A stretch of DNA of 32,000 bases, from contig NZ_SLXK01000047.1 of the NCBI RefSeq assembly GCF_004341035.1, positions 1,210 to 33,209 of the forward strand. Direction: 5' to 3'. Of the stretch, positions 1 to 8,396 are shown piece by piece. The translations under genes and the position numbers were made by a program. Source of the stretch: Scopulibacillus darangshiensis. GTDB lineage: Bacteria; Bacillota; Bacilli; Bacillales; Sporolactobacillaceae. The notes beneath the pieces were generated by a model, which saw nothing but the letters and a program-made list of their open reading frames with translations, was not told where the DNA came from and did not search any database. Positions within the stretch are counted from its first letter, which is position 1. Each line of letters begins with the position of its first letter.

Positions 1-459
1 GTCCGAAAAATGCTTCATCCTTATGGTGTCGTATTCGAGGATCGGGAAATCGTCGGTTCATATTGCCCCGGCCGATATGATTTAAGCGTTGGCGGGAAAA
101 AGTTTGCCGGCATCTCTCAACGTCGTTTGCGCCGAGGTGTCGCTGTCCAAATTTATTTATGTGTAGACGGCAGCGGCTCAAAGCGGGCTGAGGTTGTTGG
201 CGAATTTTATAAACGAAGCTTAAAAGGCGAGGTCACACGCTTTGAGTATCCCGTAATCAAGCCGGAGACGATGGCTTCATTGTCTGAACTAACTGGCAAG
301 CCCCTTACTGTAAGGGAGATCATGAACCAATTTTACCAAACGCTTCAAAGATTCGGCTCTGTTGTACCTTCAGGTTTGACTGAAGACGAAGCTAAGCGTT
401 TCGATGATTATTACAGGCGCATGATTGAACGGAATGAAAAGGCTTTTGATTTTAATTAA
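1..459 (+). CDS. lipL: Octanoyl-[GcvH]:protein N-octanoyltransferase / lipoate-protein ligase family (LipL-like), 5' end cut by the window edge
   Basis: The frame is open from base 1 upstream of the listed ATG at 10. The motif CPGRYDL..GGKKFAGISQRR is typical of the LplA/LipB/LipL fold. It is adjacent to pta and hemQ, as ywfL is in B. subtilis (from memory). Confidence 0.7.
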   Translation, partial: VRKMLHPYGVVFEDREIVGSYCPGRYDLSVGGKKFAGISQRRLRRGVAVQIYLCVDGSGSKRAEVVGEFYKRSLKGEVTRFEYPVIKPETMASLSELTGKPLTVREIMNQFYQTLQRFGSVVPSGLTEDEAKRFDDYYRRMIERNEKAFDFN

Positions 460-468
460 CAAACTTAA

Positions 469-491
469 CCCGAAAGCACTAGGCTTTCGGG
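469..491. terminator. Hairpin CCCGAAAGC-actag-GCTTTCGGG downstream of lipL
   Basis: A perfect 9-bp stem starts 10 nt after the lipL stop. The U-tract is weak on both strands. Confidence 0.5.
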
Positions 492-594
492 TGGCTTGTG
501 CCATTTCCATTGTTCCACGTGTAACCTTTTGTCGAGTCTCATTCCAATTAGGTCGCGCAATCTGCCACAGTTTAGAACCGGCACCAGTCACGAA

Positions 595-1560
595 TCAATC
601 GACTAGGCTTTGCAGCGCAGTGATCAAGGCCAATTTATAGACATCATCGACGGAGCAGCCTCTTGATAGGTCGTTGACTGGCTTGTTCAATCCTTGAAGA
701 ATGGGGCCCACAGCGTCATAGCCGCCGAGGCGCTGGACCATTTTATAGCCGATATTGCCGGCTTCAAGACTAGGGAAAACGAAGACGTTTGCCTTGCCGT
801 CAAGTGGGGACCCGGGAGCTTTCTTTGCGGCAACCTCAGGAACATAAGCTGCGTCAAACTGACATTCCCCGTCTACTGTCAAATCAGGGGCTGACTCCCT
901 CACAAGTTTTGTGGCTTCGACAACCTTATCTGCTTCCGGTGCCTCTGCTGAGCCTTTCGTTGAAAAGCTAAGCATCGCGACTTTAGGATCGATGCCGAAA
1001 GCTTTAGCAGTTGCTGCACTTTCCACGGCGATTTCGGCAAGGTCCCTGCTGTCTGGAGTAATGTTAATGGCGCAATCGGCAAAAACGAGCCGTTCATCTT
1101 CCTTCACCATAATAAAAGCACCTGAGCTTCGCTTCACTCCCGGCTTCGTTTTAATAATTTGCAGCGCAGGACGGACGGTATCCGCTGTTGAATGAGCAGC
1201 CCCGCTCACCAATCCATCAGCCTGCCCCGTGTATACCAATATTGTGCCGTAATAGTTCGCATCATGCAGCCATTCCGTCGCTTGTTCTTCGGTTGTCTTG
1301 CCCTTCCGCCGTTCGACAAGCGCCTTCACCAGCTCCAAAAAATTAGCATCTTGCTTTGGATGGCGGATTTCAAGCCTTCCCGCTTTTTCAAGCTCAAGAA
1401 CTTTGCCGGCAAACGACTCTCGTTCTCCGACCAAAATAGGATGCAATATATTTTCATCAGCAAGCCTGACAACCGCTTCAACAATCCGTACGTCGCCGCC
1501 TTCAGGAAAAACAATCTTTGGTTTCGCTTGCCCAACTGTCGCCTTCATATCTTCAAACAT
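595..1560 (-). CDS. pta: Phosphate acetyltransferase
   Basis: 321 aa, collinear with B. subtilis Pta as I remember it (KIVFPEG, SGAAHSTADTVRPALQIIKT, FADCAIN, VFPSLEAGNIGYK, PVNDLSRGC). SD AAGGAGG lies upstream. Confidence 0.95.
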   Translation of the reverse strand: MFEDMKATVGQAKPKIVFPEGGDVRIVEAVVRLADENILHPILVGERESFAGKVLELEKAGRLEIRHPKQDANFLELVKALVERRKGKTTEEQATEWLHDANYYGTILVYTGQADGLVSGAAHSTADTVRPALQIIKTKPGVKRSSGAFIMVKEDERLVFADCAINITPDSRDLAEIAVESAATAKAFGIDPKVAMLSFSTKGSAEAPEADKVVEATKLVRESAPDLTVDGECQFDAAYVPEVAAKKAPGSPLDGKANVFVFPSLEAGNIGYKMVQRLGGYDAVGPILQGLNKPVNDLSRGCSVDDVYKLALITALQSLVD

Positions 1561-1795
1561 AACAACATTTCCTCCTTATATCATCACTTCTATCCATAGA
1601 TTACACCTAAGCTCTTCATTTTTAAACAACTAAGGCCATCTTCAAAATGATTTCCTATTTCCCCTAATTTTCTGTCCCACTTATGTCATCCACAATTTTT
1701 GACAAATCTGAAACAGTAATGTGGCTCTTTCGCGAAACAGGATTGTCTGTGATATATTTAAGAAGGATATTAGAAATTGTTAGGAGTGGGAAAGT

Positions 1796-2542
1796 ATGAG
1801 TGAAGCGGCAAAAACGTTAGATGGCTGGTACTGCCTGCACGATTTCCGGAAAATTGACTGGGCTCTTTGGAAGAATTTAACGAGTGATGAGCGAGAGTCT
1901 GCAATCCAAGAGTTTAATTCATTTTTGGATAAATGGGATATCATGCAGCAAAACAAAGAAGGAAGCTTTGCCTTTTATTCGATCGTCGGCCAAAAGGCTG
2001 ATTTTATGCTCATGTGGCTTAGACCGACTATGGTCGAACTGAACGATCTCGAAAACGCCTTTAATAAAACAAAAATGGCTGAATACACAATACCCTCGTA
2101 TTCATATGTATCCGTTGTTGAATTGAGTAATTATATGGCGGCAAAGGACAGTGACCCTTCTGAAGATCCAAGAATCCAAGCAAGATTAAAACCAATTTTG
2201 CCAAAAACACAATATGTATGCTTTTACCCGATGGACAAGCGCCGTGAAGGCAATGACAACTGGTATATGTTGCCAATGAGCGAACGCCGAGAGCTTATGA
2301 AAAGCCACGGTCTTATCGGCCGCAGCTATGCAGGCAAGGTAAAACAAATCATCACAGGGTCAGTCGGCTTTGATGATTGGGAATGGGGCGTCACACTATT
2401 TGCCGAAGATGTCCTCGAATTTAAAAAACTCGTCTATGAAATGCGCTTCGATGAAGTCAGTGCCCGTTATGGGGAATTCGGCGCTTTTTATGTCGGTGCA
2501 TTGCTTTCCAAAGAACGCTTTGCCCAAATGTTAACTATATAA
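1796..2542 (+). CDS. hemQ: Coproheme decarboxylase (HemQ/ChdC, chlorite-dismutase family)
   Basis: 248 aa starting [16 protein letters not shown], with a C-terminal motif typical of Firmicute HemQ. SD AGGAGTGGG lies upstream. Divergent from pta, as in B. subtilis. Confidence 0.9.
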   Translation: MSEAAKTLDGWYCLHDFRKIDWALWKNLTSDERESAIQEFNSFLDKWDIMQQNKEGSFAFYSIVGQKADFMLMWLRPTMVELNDLENAFNKTKMAEYTIPSYSYVSVVELSNYMAAKDSDPSEDPRIQARLKPILPKTQYVCFYPMDKRREGNDNWYMLPMSERRELMKSHGLIGRSYAGKVKQIITGSVGFDDWEWGVTLFAEDVLEFKKLVYEMRFDEVSARYGEFGAFYVGALLSKERFAQMLTI

Positions 2543-2563
2543 CACCCGGACTTAATACTCTTT

Positions 2564-2595
2564 AGCCTCCTTCAATTGAAGGGAGGCTTTTTTTA
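2564..2595 (+). terminator. Rho-independent terminator of hemQ
   Basis: AGCCTCC-ttcaattgaa-GGAGGCT followed by T7. Confidence 0.85.
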
Positions 2596-2596
2596 G

Positions 2597-2626
2597 GTAT
2601 ATTAGCTGTCGGTTTGTCATAAGAAT
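2597..2626 (+). promoter_or_regulatory. Candidate sigma-E-type promoter for gerQ
   Basis: GTATATT (fits ZHATAXX), a 14-nt spacer, then CATAAGAA (5 of 8 matches to CATACAHT). It lies about 60 nt upstream of the gerQ ATG. Confidence 0.3.
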
Positions 2627-2688
2627 GATGACAGAGCGTGAATTTAATTTGTCTTAAGCATCTATTTTAATAAGGAGCGTGATCTAAA

Positions 2689-3252
2689 ATGGCCGATAAG
2701 CCATATTCACCAAGGAATTCACAAGGGGGATACGGGTCTTCCGCCTATCCTGGACCTCAGGGAGGCAGCCCGCAAAACCCCACTGGAGGAGGCGGAGCGC
2801 AACAAGGGCAAGCAGGCGGGGCGCCGATGCCATACGCTCCACAAGGACAGCAGGTCATGCCGCAAATGTTTACGGGTGCCGGCGGAGCCCCACAAGGCGG
2901 GCAGATGCCGCAGGGTTATATGCCTCAGATGGGAGCTCACGGTGGCAGTGCGCCTCCTCCAAGTGCATTTCAAGGTGTTCAAGGGGCACCTTATCTTAAT
3001 CCTTTAACAGAGCAATCTTATATTGAGAATATTCTTAGATTGAACTTGGAAAAGGTTGCAACAGTCTATGCGACCTTTGAAGGCAATACAGAGTGGAACG
3101 CTAAAGTATTCCGCGGGGAAGTCGAAGCTGCGGGCCGTGACCATGTGATTATCAATGATACCTCAACAGGCACACGTTATCTCATTCCTATGGTTTATGT
3201 TGATTACATCACATTCCAAGGACCAATCAACTACGCTTATCCATTCCAATAA
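2689..3252 (+). CDS. gerQ: Spore coat protein GerQ (YwdL-like)
   Basis: The N-terminal ~100 aa are P/Q/G-rich low complexity. The C-terminal domain (YIENILRLN...ATFEG..EWNAKVFRGEVEAAGRDHVIINDTSTG.RYLIP.VY.DYITF) matches the GerQ family as remembered. SD AAGGAG lies upstream. Confidence 0.8.
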   Translation: MADKPYSPRNSQGGYGSSAYPGPQGGSPQNPTGGGGAQQGQAGGAPMPYAPQGQQVMPQMFTGAGGAPQGGQMPQGYMPQMGAHGGSAPPPSAFQGVQGAPYLNPLTEQSYIENILRLNLEKVATVYATFEGNTEWNAKVFRGEVEAAGRDHVIINDTSTGTRYLIPMVYVDYITFQGPINYAYPFQ

Positions 3253-3255
3253 GAT

Positions 3256-3292
3256 GAAACCCTCGAAATTCTTCTGAGGGTTTCTTTTTTTT
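3256..3292 (+). terminator. Rho-independent terminator of gerQ, abutting the 3' end of the convergent DUF423 gene
   Basis: GAAACCCTC-N11-GAGGGTTTC followed by T8. Confidence 0.85.
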
Positions 3293-3294
3293 CA

Positions 3295-3672
3295 TTAATT
3301 TTTTACAAAAGCAATCACAACAAGCAGCCAGCTGACAAGAAAAGCCACGCCGCCGATTGGTGTAATTGCACCAAGAATGGAAACCTTAGTGATACTTAAA
3401 AGATATAAGCTTCCTGAAAAGATAACAATCCCTGCAAGCATCAGCCATCCTGCCCAGTTTAGCAGACCTGATTCACCACGAATCATAGTATTTGCCAAAA
3501 TCCCTATTAAGACCAGCCCCAATGCATGCATCATTTGGTATTGCACACCGGTTTCAAAAATACTCATATAATGTTCATTCAGCTTATCCTTCAATCCATG
3601 TGCACCGAACGCACCAATAGCAACTGACAAAAAGGCGCAAATAGCTCCAATAATTACAAAAACCTTTCCCAT
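3295..3672 (-). CDS. DUF423 family membrane protein (YwdK-like)
   Basis: Start reassigned to MGKVFVIIG (ATG at 3672, SD AAGGATGTG). Four hydrophobic helices. The AFGAHG motif is typical of DUF423. Confidence 0.8.
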   Translation of the reverse strand: MGKVFVIIGAICAFLSVAIGAFGAHGLKDKLNEHYMSIFETGVQYQMMHALGLVLIGILANTMIRGESGLLNWAGWLMLAGIVIFSGSLYLLSITKVSILGAITPIGGVAFLVSWLLVVIAFVKN

Positions 3673-3804
3673 CGTTTTCACATCCTTTATTTTTCGCGTT
3701 TTTTTCATCTTACCATAATTTACTTCTCGTTTTTTTCTATAAAAGTGAAGCCAGCGTGACATTTCTATGTAGAAAGCCGCCTTGAAAGCGGCTTATTGAA
3801 AGGC

Positions 3805-4092
3805 TTATCTGCTTTGCAAATATATGGTTAAAACCTCTTTCAGCTGATCGAATTGTTCGTCTGTATGAATAAGGTAATTGCCCTCATCTATTGAAGCTTG
3901 GAACGCTGAGATACCTTGTTCGTTAATAAAATCACTAAGATCCTGTATACGATCGTTTTGTGCAAAAAGAGGCTTAATGCCGACAAAGTCGTTGTTAACA
4001 TACACATCGTAGCGTTCAGGTCCCTTTTCCCATCCTGACTCATCCTGTTCGTCATGGTCATAATGGAAAGGATAAAAAGGATTATTGTCCAT
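3805..4092 (-). CDS. Small acidic hypothetical protein (95 aa)
   Basis: Clean ORF with SD GGAAGGGAG 10 nt upstream and hairpin AAGCCGC-N7-GCGGCTT (3774-3797) downstream. I recognise no family. Confidence 0.6.
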   Translation of the reverse strand: MDNNPFYPFHYDHDEQDESGWEKGPERYDVYVNNDFVGIKPLFAQNDRIQDLSDFINEQGISAFQASIDEGNYLIHTDEQFDQLKEVLTIYLQSR

Positions 4093-4191
4093 AAAAATAA
4101 ATCTCCCTTCCTTTTCAAGTTAACCGCGAGCGCCCTTGATTATGAGTGTTAATGTTTGGATGGGAGACACGCCTTTGGTCAACCCCCAATT

Positions 4192-4223
4192 TAAAAAAAC
4201 TGCCTCCTTTAAAAGAGGCAGTT
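4192..4223 (-). terminator. Rho-independent terminator of the DUF1499 gene
   Basis: On the minus strand, AACTGCCTC-N8-GAGGCAGTT followed by T7. Confidence 0.85.
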
Positions 4224-4226
4224 CCA

Positions 4227-4649
4227 TCAATTTTCCTTTGTGATATGATAAGTCCGCTGGATAAAGCGGGCATATATGGATTGGAGCCACCTTTTGTTTG
4301 ATCCGAAATCAGCAAAGCCAACTCGTGTTGCCGAGCGATAGTGAATGTGCTTGTCGGCAGAATCAAAATGAAATTCGGCATCATGGAAAAACTCGAAGAC
4401 GAGTGTCCGATAGACAACATGGATGTAATCATCACTCTGCTCCTTAATCTCCACTCTTGGCATTGAGTGAATAACCTCGAGCAAAATCTTTTTTGCTTCG
4501 TCTATAGACATATTCTGATATGACATCGGAAGCATTTTTCGATTTAAATCATGATGCTCAGTTGATACACAATTTGGTGTTTTTGGGCATGGTGCCAGTT
4601 GGCCGTCCTGCAAGCCCAATGCTATACCCTTTTTATCTTTATCCATCAT
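4227..4649 (-). CDS. DUF1499 family protein
   Basis: 140 aa. The N-terminal motif GL.DG.LAPCPKTPNCVST is the DUF1499 signature as I remember it. SD AAGGATGA lies upstream. Confidence 0.7.
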   Translation of the reverse strand: MMDKDKKGIALGLQDGQLAPCPKTPNCVSTEHHDLNRKMLPMSYQNMSIDEAKKILLEVIHSMPRVEIKEQSDDYIHVVYRTLVFEFFHDAEFHFDSADKHIHYRSATRVGFADFGSNKRWLQSIYARFIQRTYHITKEN

Positions 4650-4878
4650 TCATCATCCTTATAAAGAAAACCTTATTTCTGCTATAATCGCCGCTTATAT
4701 AAACGTATACGATTTCTTTAACCCTTCCCATTATAGTGCTTTTCTGCCAATAGGGTCAATGTGATTGCTGCTATTTAACGGATTGTTCATGAGATCGACA
4801 TTTTATCCGCTCTGTCATCTCTCCCGGTCAATTTATAAGAACGAACGGAACAGTTAGACTGTCCCGCACTTGTATAAC

Positions 4879-5571
4879 TTATTCACTTCTGTCGCTTTCT
4901 GTCCTTGCCTTTTTTTCCTTCTTTTTTTTCTTAACAAATAAACCTACCGCTACAACGATCACCGCTAATATGATGGGCAAGACCTTTTCATAAGGAATAT
5001 CAAGGCCGTGGAACCAGCTATCGATCGCTTCATCAGCAAGCAGCATTTCTCCTGCAGTGTAGCCGAGGAGCGCGGCGCCGAGAATGATAATGATCGGAAA
5101 ACGGTCCATAAGCTTCATTAGCAGCTGGCTTCCCCATATAATCAATGGAATGCTTACAGCTAGTCCTATAATTATAAGAAGAATACTGCCGCCCGCTGCC
5201 CCGGCAACGGCCACAACATTATCAAGACTCATGATCAGGTCAGCGATTATAATCGTCCTGATCGCACCCAATATATTAGAGCTGCCTTTCAAATCTGTCT
5301 CATCATCTTCAATTAATAAATTTATTGCAATATAGACTAGTAAAAGACCGCCGACAATTTTCACAAAGGGGATTTGCAGGAGCCAAACGGCGACAAAGGT
5401 TAACACAACCCTTAATACGATTGCACCGAAACTGCCCCAAAATATTGCTTTATTCTGCTGGCTCTTTGGTAAATTACGGCATGCCAAAGCTATAACAACG
5501 GCATTATCACCGCTGAGAACAATGTTAATTAGTATAATTTCCAGTAATCCGAATAAAAAAGTGCCATCCAA
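4879..5571 (-). CDS. TerC family integral membrane protein (YjbE-type)
   Basis: TTG start with SD AGGAGG 10 nt upstream. Duplicated TerC motifs SGDNAVVIA and SLDNVVAVA. Multiple transmembrane helices and a Lys-rich C-terminus. Confidence 0.85.
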   Translation of the reverse strand: MDGTFLFGLLEIILINIVLSGDNAVVIALACRNLPKSQQNKAIFWGSFGAIVLRVVLTFVAVWLLQIPFVKIVGGLLLVYIAINLLIEDDETDLKGSSNILGAIRTIIIADLIMSLDNVVAVAGAAGGSILLIIIGLAVSIPLIIWGSQLLMKLMDRFPIIIILGAALLGYTAGEMLLADEAIDSWFHGLDIPYEKVLPIILAVIVVAVGLFVKKKKKEKKARTESDRSE

Positions 5572-5890
5572 ACAACAACATCCTCCTATTTTTATGCTAT
5601 ATAAAGTATACCCTCATTCAATACCAATCACAAAGAATTAACTATTGTTAATATGTCCAAAGGTTTGCGAAAAAATTTTAAAAACATCTACTATTCCCCT
5701 CGCCATTGTAATATAATTTTAATTGTTCTGAAACAAGGAGAAACTTCTGATCGCCCTTTTGACATGGCTATTGACACGCTGGGTGAAAAATAAAGAATGG
5801 GAGCTTTTAACAGAGATTGTCTATTTTATTCTAGTGGACACCCTGATTCTAACCTTCCTATTCGGCGGTTACACTTTTTATTAAATGGGG

Positions 5891-5920
5891 AAAACCGGGC
5901 AATAGCGCCCGGCTTTCTTA
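5891..5920. terminator. Bidirectional terminator after the dehydrogenase gene
   Basis: CCGGGC-aatagc-GCCCGG flanked by an A-tract and a T-tract. It starts 10 nt after the stop at 5922. Confidence 0.7.
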
Positions 5921-5921
5921 T

Positions 5922-6785
5922 TTAGAGGTATGATTTGTACAAGACTTGAGTGCCGCTGTTTTCTTCGCCATTTTCGGCAAGCTCTTCATAAAGCTTTTTT
6001 GCCGACTCTAATCCCGGCGTCATCAGACCCATTTCTTTAGCCGTCTCTAGCGCTATTGTCATATCCTTTATAAAGTGCTTCACATAAAAGCCCGGCTTAA
6101 AATCGCCTTCCAGCATTCTAGGAGCAAGGTTCGAAAGCGACCAGCTGCCGGCAGCTCCGCTTGTAATGCTCTTTAGCACTTGCTCTTCATTTAATCCCGC
6201 GCGTTTTGCATAGGCCAGCGCCTCGCAAACACCCATCATATTAGACGCAATCGTTATTTGATTGCACATTTTCGTATGCTGGCCTGAGCCTGCCTTTCCT
6301 TGGTAAACAATATTCTCGCCCATTGCTTCAAAAATCGGCTTTAATTTATCAAAAGCTGACTTTTCTCCGCCGATCATGATGGATAATGTCCCTTTCTGTG
6401 CGCCGATATCCCCGCCAGAGACTGGGGCATCAAGGGCATGAATCCCGCGGCTGGACGCATCATTATAAATGTCCTCAGCAAGGGCGGGAGACGACGTTGT
6501 CATATCGATGACGTACGACCCTTTTTTCGCATGATTCAAAATACCATCCTTAAAATAGACGTCTTTGACATCCTTAGGGTAGCCGACCATTGTTACTACA
6601 ACATCTGAAGCTTGTGTGCAGCTGCTGATTGTATCAAACCACCTGGCGCCATCATCCACTAAATCAAGGGCCTTTTCCTTTGTTCTATTATAGATATTGA
6701 CCGAATAGCCGCCTTTAATAAGATTGCGAATCATTCCTTTTCCCATGACACCTGTTCCGATAAATCCAATCACCGGTTTATCCAT
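5922..6785 (-). CDS. NAD(P)-dependent beta-hydroxyacid dehydrogenase (3-hydroxyisobutyrate dehydrogenase family, YkwC-like)
   Basis: Start reassigned to MDKPVIGFIGTGVMG (ATG at 6785), with SD AAGGAG 9 nt upstream lying inside the last codons of the upstream permease. Rossmann GxGxxG motif and a C-terminal HIBADH-type domain. Confidence 0.85.
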   Translation of the reverse strand: MDKPVIGFIGTGVMGKGMIRNLIKGGYSVNIYNRTKEKALDLVDDGARWFDTISSCTQASDVVVTMVGYPKDVKDVYFKDGILNHAKKGSYVIDMTTSSPALAEDIYNDASSRGIHALDAPVSGGDIGAQKGTLSIMIGGEKSAFDKLKPIFEAMGENIVYQGKAGSGQHTKMCNQITIASNMMGVCEALAYAKRAGLNEEQVLKSITSGAAGSWSLSNLAPRMLEGDFKPGFYVKHFIKDMTIALETAKEMGLMTPGLESAKKLYEELAENGEENSGTQVLYKSYL

Positions 6786-6798
6786 TTTAAACGACTCC

Positions 6799-8268
6799 TT
6801 ATTTGAACTCATCAAAATCAATTTTACACTTTTCAAGCGGAATGAGCTTTGTTCGTTTAATAAGTTTGTAGCCAAACCACAACACAAGAAACAAAGGTAT
6901 ACTAATATAAGCTACGGTTAGACTCATCCAGTCCACCTTACCGCCAAGAAAGGCTTGGTAATCCTGGGCAATAATGACAATAAGACAAACAATGGTTGCA
7001 AAGATCGGGCCAAATGGAAACCACTTAGCTCGATAAGGAAGCTGCTCCAAGGAATACCCTTGGGCCACAAAAGCCTTCCGGAAACGATAATGGCTGACCG
7101 CAATCCCCAGCCAAAAAATAAATCCTGTGACACCCGCGGCATTAAGGAGCCAAATATAGATAGCACCGTCACCAAAGATTGATGCCAGGAAGGCCAGCAT
7201 GCCGACAACCGCCGTCATAATTAAGGCTGCTACCGGAATGCCCCGTTTGTTAAGTTTCGCAAAAAGACGCGGTGCTTGCCCGTCTTTTGCCATTGCATAC
7301 AGCATACGGGTCGACGCATAAAGACTTGAGTTGCCCGCTGATAAGACGGCGGTTAAAATAACAGCGTTCATGACAGATGCCGCAAAAGCCAAACCTGCTC
7401 TTTCAAACACTTGAGTGAATGGGCTGACCATAACATTTTCGCTTTGAAGCGTATCATTCGTATATGGAATAATAAGTCCGATCACTAATATTGCTAGAAC
7501 ATAAAACAAAAGGACACGCCAGAATATCGTGCGCACCGCTTTAGGAACAGTCTTTCCAGGGTTTTCACTCTCGCCTGCCGCCACACCGACGATCTCTGTC
7601 CCCTGAAAGGAGAACCCTGCGGCAAGGAAAATACCAAGTGTCGCCAAAAAGCCGCCATGAAAAGGCGCGTCGCCAACAGTGAAATTTTTGAACCCTATTG
7701 GTTTACCGTTAAATACACCGATGATCATGAGAATGCCAACGATAATAAAGATAATAACAGTCGCCACTTTAATAAAGGAAAACCAATATTCCCCTTCGCC
7801 ATAACCTTTTACAGAAAGGTAATTAAGAATGAAAATAATGACTAGAAACAGACCGCTCCATAGCATTGACGGTGAATCGGGAAACCAGAATTTCATAATA
7901 AGTGTTGAAGCTGATAATTCTGCAGCGAGTGTAATCGCCCAGCTATACCAATAATTCCAGCCTAAGGCGAAACCAAGTGCCGGATCAATGAAACGGGTTG
8001 CATAAGTGCTGAAAGAACCGCTTGTAGGCATAAATGCTGCTAACTCACCAAGACTTGTCATTATAAAATAGACCATGACGCCAATGATGAGATATGCAAG
8101 CAAGGCACCTCCCGGCCCCGCCGTATGGATAGCGGCCCCACTTCCCAGGAACAGACCCGTTCCAATAGCGCCACCCAAGGAAATCATCGTTAAATGACGG
8201 GATTTTAAGCCTCTTTTTAATTGATCATCCGTTAGATTTTTCTTGCCCTTTGCAGATTGTTCCGTCAT
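6799..8268 (-). CDS. APC-family basic amino acid permease, LysP-like (paralog 2, no riboswitch)
   Basis: Collinear with E. coli and B. subtilis LysP as remembered (RHLTMISLGGAIGTGLF, GPGGALLAY, FSFQGTE, NAVILTAVLSAGNS). Start moved to MTEQ (ATG 8268, SD AGGAG 7 nt upstream). Confidence 0.85.
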   Translation of the reverse strand: MTEQSAKGKKNLTDDQLKRGLKSRHLTMISLGGAIGTGLFLGSGAAIHTAGPGGALLAYLIIGVMVYFIMTSLGELAAFMPTSGSFSTYATRFIDPALGFALGWNYWYSWAITLAAELSASTLIMKFWFPDSPSMLWSGLFLVIIFILNYLSVKGYGEGEYWFSFIKVATVIIFIIVGILMIIGVFNGKPIGFKNFTVGDAPFHGGFLATLGIFLAAGFSFQGTEIVGVAAGESENPGKTVPKAVRTIFWRVLLFYVLAILVIGLIIPYTNDTLQSENVMVSPFTQVFERAGLAFAASVMNAVILTAVLSAGNSSLYASTRMLYAMAKDGQAPRLFAKLNKRGIPVAALIMTAVVGMLAFLASIFGDGAIYIWLLNAAGVTGFIFWLGIAVSHYRFRKAFVAQGYSLEQLPYRAKWFPFGPIFATIVCLIVIIAQDYQAFLGGKVDWMSLTVAYISIPLFLVLWFGYKLIKRTKLIPLEKCKIDFDEFK

Positions 8269-8320
8269 GTTGTCACTCCTGTCCAAACCTAATGGTTTTA
8301 TCCTCTCACAAATTTATTTT

Positions 8321-8349
8321 ATTATAAATTTTATGCATTCTTTTGTCTA
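8321..8349 (-). promoter_or_regulatory. Sigma-A-type promoter for permease paralog 2
   Basis: On the minus strand, TAGACA, a 17-nt spacer, then TATAAT. It lies about 50 nt upstream of ATG 8268, just downstream of the terminator of paralog 1. Confidence 0.6.
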
Positions 8350-8354
8350 TATGG

Positions 8355-8386
8355 AAAACGCACTGCCTGACCAGTGCGTTTTTTGC
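8355..8386. terminator. Terminator between the two permease paralogs
   Basis: AAAACGCACTG-cctgac-CAGTGCGTTTT, an 11-bp stem. The minus-strand read-out ends UUUUCC. The T-run is actually stronger on the plus strand. Confidence 0.7.
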
Positions 8387-8396
8387 CAAAATTCAA

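Noticed and set aside
1728-1745. Palindrome CTCTTTCGCGAAACAG in the pta/hemQ divergent region, considered as a CcpA cre site because pta is cre-regulated in B. subtilis.
   Set aside because: It does not fit the cre consensus TGWNANCGNTNWCA at several invariant positions.
2719-2982. 87-aa antisense ORF inside gerQ.
   Set aside because: It lies in the GC-rich, low-complexity P/Q/G-coding part of gerQ, where antisense frames stay open by composition. It has no SD.
5600-5715. Possible yybP-ykoY (manganese) riboswitch upstream of the TerC-family gene. The minus strand contains GGGGAAUAGUAG and UUGGACAUAU, which resemble the conserved GGGGAGUAG and UUGACAUA loops.
   Set aside because: The two blocks are only ~28 nt apart, too short for the intervening helices. 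The CCUUU that should close P1 lies before the GACAUA block rather than after it. No complementary 3' strand for the 5' GGCGAGGGG exists. This is probably a chance resemblance, though a cmscan with RF00080 would settle it.
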